From contig NIVC01001186.1 in the NCBI GenBank assembly GCA_002269645.1, positions 1 through 64,000 of the forward strand: a stretch of DNA of 64,000 bases, given 5' to 3'. The position numbers and the translations under genes were made by a program. Shown piece by piece: positions 58,113 through 64,000 of this stretch. Every line of letters starts with the position of its first letter. The stretch's first letter is position 1. Origin of the DNA: Macrostomum lignano. Lineage: Eukaryota. The notes under the pieces are model-generated. The model had not been told where the DNA came from, did not search any database, and saw only the letters and a program-made list of their open reading frames with translations.

Positions 58113-60406
58113 TTTCGCGCTGAAAGAAACTGAAAAGAAATTATTTAGTTTCTTCCGACTGAGGCGCTTCGAAAGCCGCTCAATAGACGGTCTATTTATC
58201 AAATCTTGCCCGGAGCTGAAAGGAACGCCCACATAAGTCAAACAGTTTTGCGAAAAATTATGAGACAGGTGCAAACCGAAGCGGCGCTGTCAGTTTTTTG
58301 GAGTCCAGCTCAGCAGCTGTTGGACAGTAAATGCAGTCTGTATTGGCATGATTGCAGCTACAGATATACAGCATGCATTTTGCAGTATCTAAAACGCATG
58401 CATACCATTTATCCATGTAATTCTCCAGAAATTTTAGCTTCAGAAGATTATTGATTTATTATTATTATTATTATTGATTTATTGCGATAGAAGACTGCTC
58501 AAAATAATTTTGCATGCTGAGAAGCTTTTTTTTATTTGGAGAGAAGTCTATTGGGAGATTCTCCTTGTATTATGGATACTTCCTTTTTTTCTATTGCAAA
58601 CAGCCAAAGCAGTCTTTAGATTCTTGATTTCACGGTCTGTAATCTTGCCCACTCGTTTTGAAACCATAGATATTATATTCCTGTGTATATGATCGTTGAT
58701 TGAAACGAGGTTGAAACTGCACGGAAAGTCCATCTAAGTTTGTCTGTGTCCTAAAGACCATTGATGTCAGTGCAAAGTCTGCCGTCAATGGCGTTCTACA
58801 TGTATTTTTGTCAAAACATCAGGGGATTTCAAAATAGCTGTTTGTCAAGGCCTATGCTATTTGCCATGCACAGACACTCAAAAATGGTGCGGTAGAGTAC
58901 GTTGTAAGCATAAAAGTAAGTTGATGCATTACGAGCTGTCTATGGCCGAGAGTTTATTAATCAGTTTAGACTTGAATACTCGGAAATTTCTTAAGTTGAT
59001 TTTTTGAAATCAAAATAATAGTTTGTGTGGTAACTGAGAGATTCAATTTAGGCTACTGAGAAAAAATTAGATCAGTCGGAATTTGATTCGTAAAATCTTC
59101 CACAAAGACCGAAAATTTTAGATCGCCATTGTAATTATACTTTTACCCAGACGCAATGAAAAAATATTTTGGCAATTGTTCCACAGTTTTGATGTGTACC
59201 ATAGACATTTGGATTGAAAAAATCCATCGCTCAGTATTTTTGTTAATAAATACAGAACGACAAGAAGTAAATGAACAAAAAGGAAAAAAATCATTAAAAC
59301 TAAAGTACCAGATACACGAAAAGAGTTAATAATAAATGTCACAGCTAGTGCAGTTTATCAGTTTGTAGTCGAAATTTGACAATGTAAAAATCAATTTGTC
59401 AACCAAAGTGAAACATGCAGTTCTCAAAGCCGCAGTTTCCAAAGATGCTCGACACTTAGCCTGATGATTTGGCACTGCAAAAGGAGTTGGTCTATGTTGA
59501 ATGTTTTCTATGAAAGAGAAATACAGGTGCTCAAGTATAGTTGCCGAACTTACCATTTGAAAGATGCACGACTTGGTTAAGTTGGCATGCGACTGATGAG
59601 CTTCGTCTGATGAGCTTCTTTGGTACCGCAGTATCCAAGCTGGGATTCTTTGGGACTGTCGGCTGCTCGACTGAATCGATTGGCCGCTTTCAGGCAACGT
59701 TTATAGCCGTCGAGGCGTTGAGGACTGCATGGTCGCGTTTTCTTCCTAGGTAGCGCCGCACGGTTCGTTCAGTCGTCGACAGGAAGATTTTTCCAATTAA
59801 TAAGCGCGACTGTTTGACGAGATGCACTATAGCCATAGTTGTTTGACAAGACAAATAGCTTTTTCTCCCACTACTCGCTTTCCTGATTTCTTGCAAGACG
59901 CAAGCGAAACCAGCACTCATCACAGTGTTGTCTATGGTCAAACTAAGCCACACAACTCAGTTGTCTATGGGTAAAACAACTCCTAACACAGCCAATTGAA
60001 GCATGATAAAAAGTGTGGAATAATGACGGCGACAAAAGTGTGGAATAATGGCCGCAAAAGTGTGGAATAATGACTGCGCTCTGAGTGAAAGTATAAATAC
60101 AATGCACTTGTATTTACGCGCACTCGAGTTTTGGCCATTATTCAACTCAGTTGCATACTATACAATCTACCATTCTTTCACTGCAAACTCGACTGCTCTC
60201 GATTAATTGGTCTGCACAATTGCAAACTTTAAGTGTCACAATACCTAGGGAGGGCGAATCATTCTCCTTTATCCATGTGTGCTCAGCTGTCTGCAGCCAT
60301 GGTTACTGTATTTAAGCTATTCCCACCCAACTTGCAAGGCGGGCAGAAACGATGAATTGTAAAAGTGAATCAGACACGAGATTCGTTTCTCGATCCGATG
60401 TGTATG

Positions 60407-60610
60407 CCCACTGGGAAAAACGATGTCGAAACGACGTCGTTTTGCGATGTCGTTTCGATGTCGTGGTTTTTCCCCGCCCTACTACGTCGTTTCGACATCG
60501 TGTTTATATCGTTTCGACGTCGTATGTATGTCGTTTCGACATTGTATGTACGTCGTTTTTACATCGTATGTATGTCGCAATGTCGTATTGATGTCGTATT
60601 CAATTTCATG
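60407..60610. mobile_element. One end of a putative non-autonomous DNA transposon (CCCACTGGG terminus with CpG-rich subterminal repeats; CMC/EnSpm-like)
   Basis: CCCACTGGG at 60407 followed by repeated ACGACGTCGT / GTCGTTTCGAC units; partner end not found in the window. Confidence 0.35.
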
Positions 60611-61069
60611 TAGTTTTCGCGGCCCTCGCGTGTCGTAAAATGCAATTTAATCTATCTGCTGCTGATCGATAATGTCCTGCTAAAAATTTCTAAGCCATAA
60701 AAAAACTATCATATACAAGTAGAATAGCTTAAAATGATTCTTTGCTAGATGGTAAATGTACTATTGGTTCAACTTCACTCGAGCTCCGGTATAAAATGAT
60801 AGACAAGCGCACAGAATCACACAGATCATACAGACATACCATTTTGTGCCAGTACGCTATAGCTATAGTTGTAGAAAAACCGGTAAATTCAATTATTGTG
60901 CAAGTATTGAAATGAGTAAAGAGTTGTATGTAAGACAAACCATTTTTAGTATTTAAATATAATGGCACACAAGGTAACAGCAGAAGATACATTTAATTAC
61001 GAAAAAGTATAATTTGTATTATTTTTTCTGCTGGCAAAATAAACATGACCATGGCAAAAAGAGAAAAAA

Positions 61070-61117
61070 GGAGAGAGAAATAGACGAAAAAGAGAGAGAG
61101 AGAGAGAAGAATAGATT

Positions 61118-61148
<31 letters not shown>
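61070..61148. repeat. (GA)n microsatellite
   Basis: Imperfect AG dinucleotide run. Confidence 0.9.
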
Positions 61149-61449
61149 GAAAAAATCGTAACCCGTAAACTAAAAGTAAAAAAAACCATAAAGTATTTTG
61201 GTAACAGTAACATAAGAGTGATATTAGTAAACAAAGTGCATAAAAATTGAAATTTTGATTAGAGGGCTCAATGAGCTATAGCGAGCATTATAGAGAAACT
61301 GTGAAAACATTGAACCACAAAAAGGGGAAAACTTCGAAAAAGAAGAAAAAGCAAATTTGATAACAGCAAAAAGCGAAAACTCAACGAGAAAACATCTAAA
61401 TAATCTTAAAGTAGTATTATAGAGCTAGCCCATAGTTCTAATTGGTAAT

Positions 61450-62790
61450 TAACCAAGGTGGTGCAATGACGTGTGTCATGACTTATGGGGTGGGGCCGCG
61501 TGGTAGGGGTGGAGTTTGTTTAGTAAGCCTAGGATGCGGCCAAGAAAATTGCCCTCGCGGCGGAGATTGCAGTCGGAAACTGCGCAGTGGAAATCGAGCT
61601 CAGAGGTCAGCTCAGTCCAGCAGGTAGCGCCGGACTCGAAAGTGCCACAACTGCGGTAAAGTTGGACACCTGCAGAAAGTTTGCCGCTCAGCCAAGAAAG
61701 CCTCCAGTCCAACGAAAGCCGGAAGGCCAGAGAACGGACCAGAAAACGAAGAGAGCGCACGCAATGCAAACGGAAGAGGATGAGGAAGCAGCAACAGACT
61801 GGATTTCGCAAGTCACTGCATCGGCCAAGAAGATCAGCGTAAGCCTGCTGGTCAATGACCAGCCCCTCACCATGTAGCTGGACACCGGTGCCTGCGTCAG
61901 CCTCGTACCGGAGTCGGTGTGGAAGCAGCTCGGCCGACCTCTGCTGACACCAACACGCCTGCGACTCCGGACCTGGACGGGCGAGCCAATACAAGTCAAA
62001 GGAACAGCCGAGGTCAGGGTCAACTACGACGGTAGACGGTATGATAAGCTGCCGCTGGTGGTCACCAGTCAGACCGGAGCCTGCCCATTGCAAGGACGCA
62101 ATTGGCTGGAAAAGTGCGACTCAACTGGACTCAGTTGTTTGCCAACCAGATCAGCCAGGCGCCGGCGCAGAACAGCGAGCCTCTTGAACAGATGCTAGAG
62201 GAGTTCGTTGATGTTTTCAACGAAGGCCTCAGGCAGCTGAAGGATCAGAAAGTCGCGAGCTTCACGATTATTACGGATCATCAGCCATTGACGACGATTT
62301 TCGGGCCGAAGGATGGCATCTCCCCATCTGCAGAACGGCGACTTCAGAGATGTGCACGGCTGCTGTCAGGGTACAGCTACAGCATCCAGTTCCGCAAGAC
62401 TGCCCAGCACAGCAACGCAGACGGCCTGTCTCGCTTGCCCCTGCAGATGAAGGACGACAGCCCACACGACGATCGGGTCTGTCAGCTGACGGGTGAGTTT
62501 TCATTGACGGCGTCGACTAGAGCTAAGCGTGGAAGACGGCTGCGTGATATGGGGAACTCGCGTACTGGTTCCGGAAGCATTGCGACCTGGAGTTCTGCGC
62601 GAGTTACACGTGGAACATTTCGGCATGACTCGGATGAAAAGTGTCGCCAGAACCTTCGTCTGGTGGCCAGGAATGGATGCTGACATCGAGTCGGTTGCCA
62701 GCAGCTGCCAAGACTGCCAATCCGTTAAGCTGCATCCGGTGCTGGCACCCCTGGGTGTGGCCAGACCAGCCCTGGGACCGCATCGACAGG
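61450..62790 (+). mobile_element. Second decayed Ty3/Gypsy fragment: Gag zinc knuckle, protease, RT deleted, RNase H tail, integrase N-terminus
   Basis: KCHNCGKVGHLQKVCR (CCHC, ~61640-61690); M*LDTGACVSLV (premature TAG ~61875); EEFVDVFNEGL joined directly to FTIITDHQPL..RLQRC..NADGLSRLP; LHVEHFGMTRMKSVAR..WWPGMDADIE..CQDC. Confidence 0.85.
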
Positions 62791-63083
62791 ATATTAATAT
62801 TGAGAACAGGAGTAACAGGCGGATCTTTTAAGTGGAAAGAATCACATTGGAAAGTAATGCGGGCATGACGACTGCAATAGCTGGGACTTGGGAGCATGGG
62901 GATTCGTGGTTGAAGAGGATCCATCACCTGGAGGAGTGTGGTACCTGGGTATGGCGAGCAATGGTCAGAGGGTGTATAGGTTCCCTGTCGGCTATCATGT
63001 AAAGTAGGTCTGACTCTATAAAGGATTTTGGACCAGATCCAATGAGGGGAAATAAGCAGTGCACAGGTGTTGTTTTGTCATTG

Positions 63084-64000
63084 TCACAGTTCAACTTCAA
63101 TCCTCCTCCCCAGTCGCTGATTCGCGTCTCGCAGGTATCGACCAATGCGGGCCCCGACGGCTGCGTCTGTCATTTGGGTACTTGACATGGCGTCTGAAAA
63201 GTAGAGTGATATTTAAAAAGACTGTCTATATACGACATTTTTCCTACCAAATGTCTCTTTTCAAATTTGCGTGTAAAAGTGTATACTTTACCAAAACGAC
63301 ATCGTAATACGTGAAAAATTATCATTCATAAAGTAGATTAGTGGGACTATAAAAGGCTAACCACTCACCAATGATCAACGGCTCGATGCATTCAATAATG
63401 CTGACCTTTGTGCCCCCGGTAGGTCGGCCCTTCACTTGGTAATCTCGACCAGTTCTATTGCACATGGTCTGGAATTCCGCCGTTAATAGAGCGTCAAGCA
63501 TTCTTGTGACCTTGCGGTCACAAGACGAGCCTCCAAGGCGTCGCAAGTGACGTACCTAAAATGCAAAATATCTTTTAGGATATAATAAAATCTAAAAATT
63601 GTCTGATAGTACTGTGGTTGGGTATGTATGAGAAGTGAAATAATAAGCGACATTGACAAACATGATGGGGTAAAAAACCTGACTTTAGATACGAATGGCA
63701 TATGCTGGCATTGGAAAGTATAGTTGGTATCACTCACCACGTCAGATTTAAATTCCGGGTCAACGAGACGAGCCTTGAAGTCAGCGTAGGCAGCCAAGCT
63801 ATCTATCGGAATGCCGGGTATTGGCGGCCTCGACACATTGCCGCCCTGTTCGGTCCGCCTGTCGCCCTGGACATCCGCCAATTGGGAACGGAGCTTAGCC
63901 ACCTCGCTCATGAGAAGGAGCAGCAGATGGGTCTGACCCTCGGTCGAGAATGCATCGATGCCGCGACTCTGTAGGGCATCAATGTACGGCTGCACATCAT
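63084..64000 (-). CDS. 5'-partial spliced gene with a coiled-coil segment and a C-terminal DUF4806-like domain
   Basis: Exons >64000-63738, 63555-63369, 63193-63084 (GT-AG; phases 0 and 1; TGA at 63086-63084). Reads LLLLMSEVAKLRSQL..PIDSLAAYADFKARLVDPEFKSDVVRHLRRLGGSSCDRKVTRMLDALLTAEFQTMCNRTGR..IGRYLRDANQRLGRR. Confidence 0.65.

Noticed and set aside
58480-59960. Decayed coding-like minus-strand stretches with splice-like sites (e.g. ERTVRRYL)
   Set aside because: Multiple stops and no recognisable domain; possibly an old transposon, but unsupported.

Overview
Eukaryotic (metazoan) genomic DNA with GT-AG introns, GC-rich exons and AT-rich, minisatellite-stuffed introns. The style is consistent with a Macrostomum-type flatworm; this is inference, not verified. 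About a third of the window (hand tally ~22 kb) is tandem repeat, and most long ORFs in the supplied track are repeat artefacts. Intact gene models, all with phase-consistent splicing: DPH6 with C-terminal RidA-like domains (5 exons, 660 aa); single-exon ACBD4/5-type protein (446 aa); divergent beta-catenin paralogue lacking the N-terminal phosphodegron (8 exons, 767 aa); CUB + C-type-lectin-like type I membrane protein (3 exons, 456 aa) followed by a truncated tandem duplicate; intronless stand-alone EEP (DNase I-like) fold ORF (368 aa); secreted fibrinogen-related protein with an unrecognised N-terminal domain (2 exons, 389 aa); 5'-partial DUF4806-like gene. Mobile or degenerate material: frameshifted PHD-FLYWCH-MULE transposase, adenain-type (Polinton/Maverick-like) cysteine protease ORF, two decayed Ty3/Gypsy elements (one with a 202-bp 3' LTR), two tRNA-derived SINEs (one CORE-like), a foldback MITE and a frameshifted cadherin fragment. 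All homology calls come from motif recognition by eye; no searches were run.
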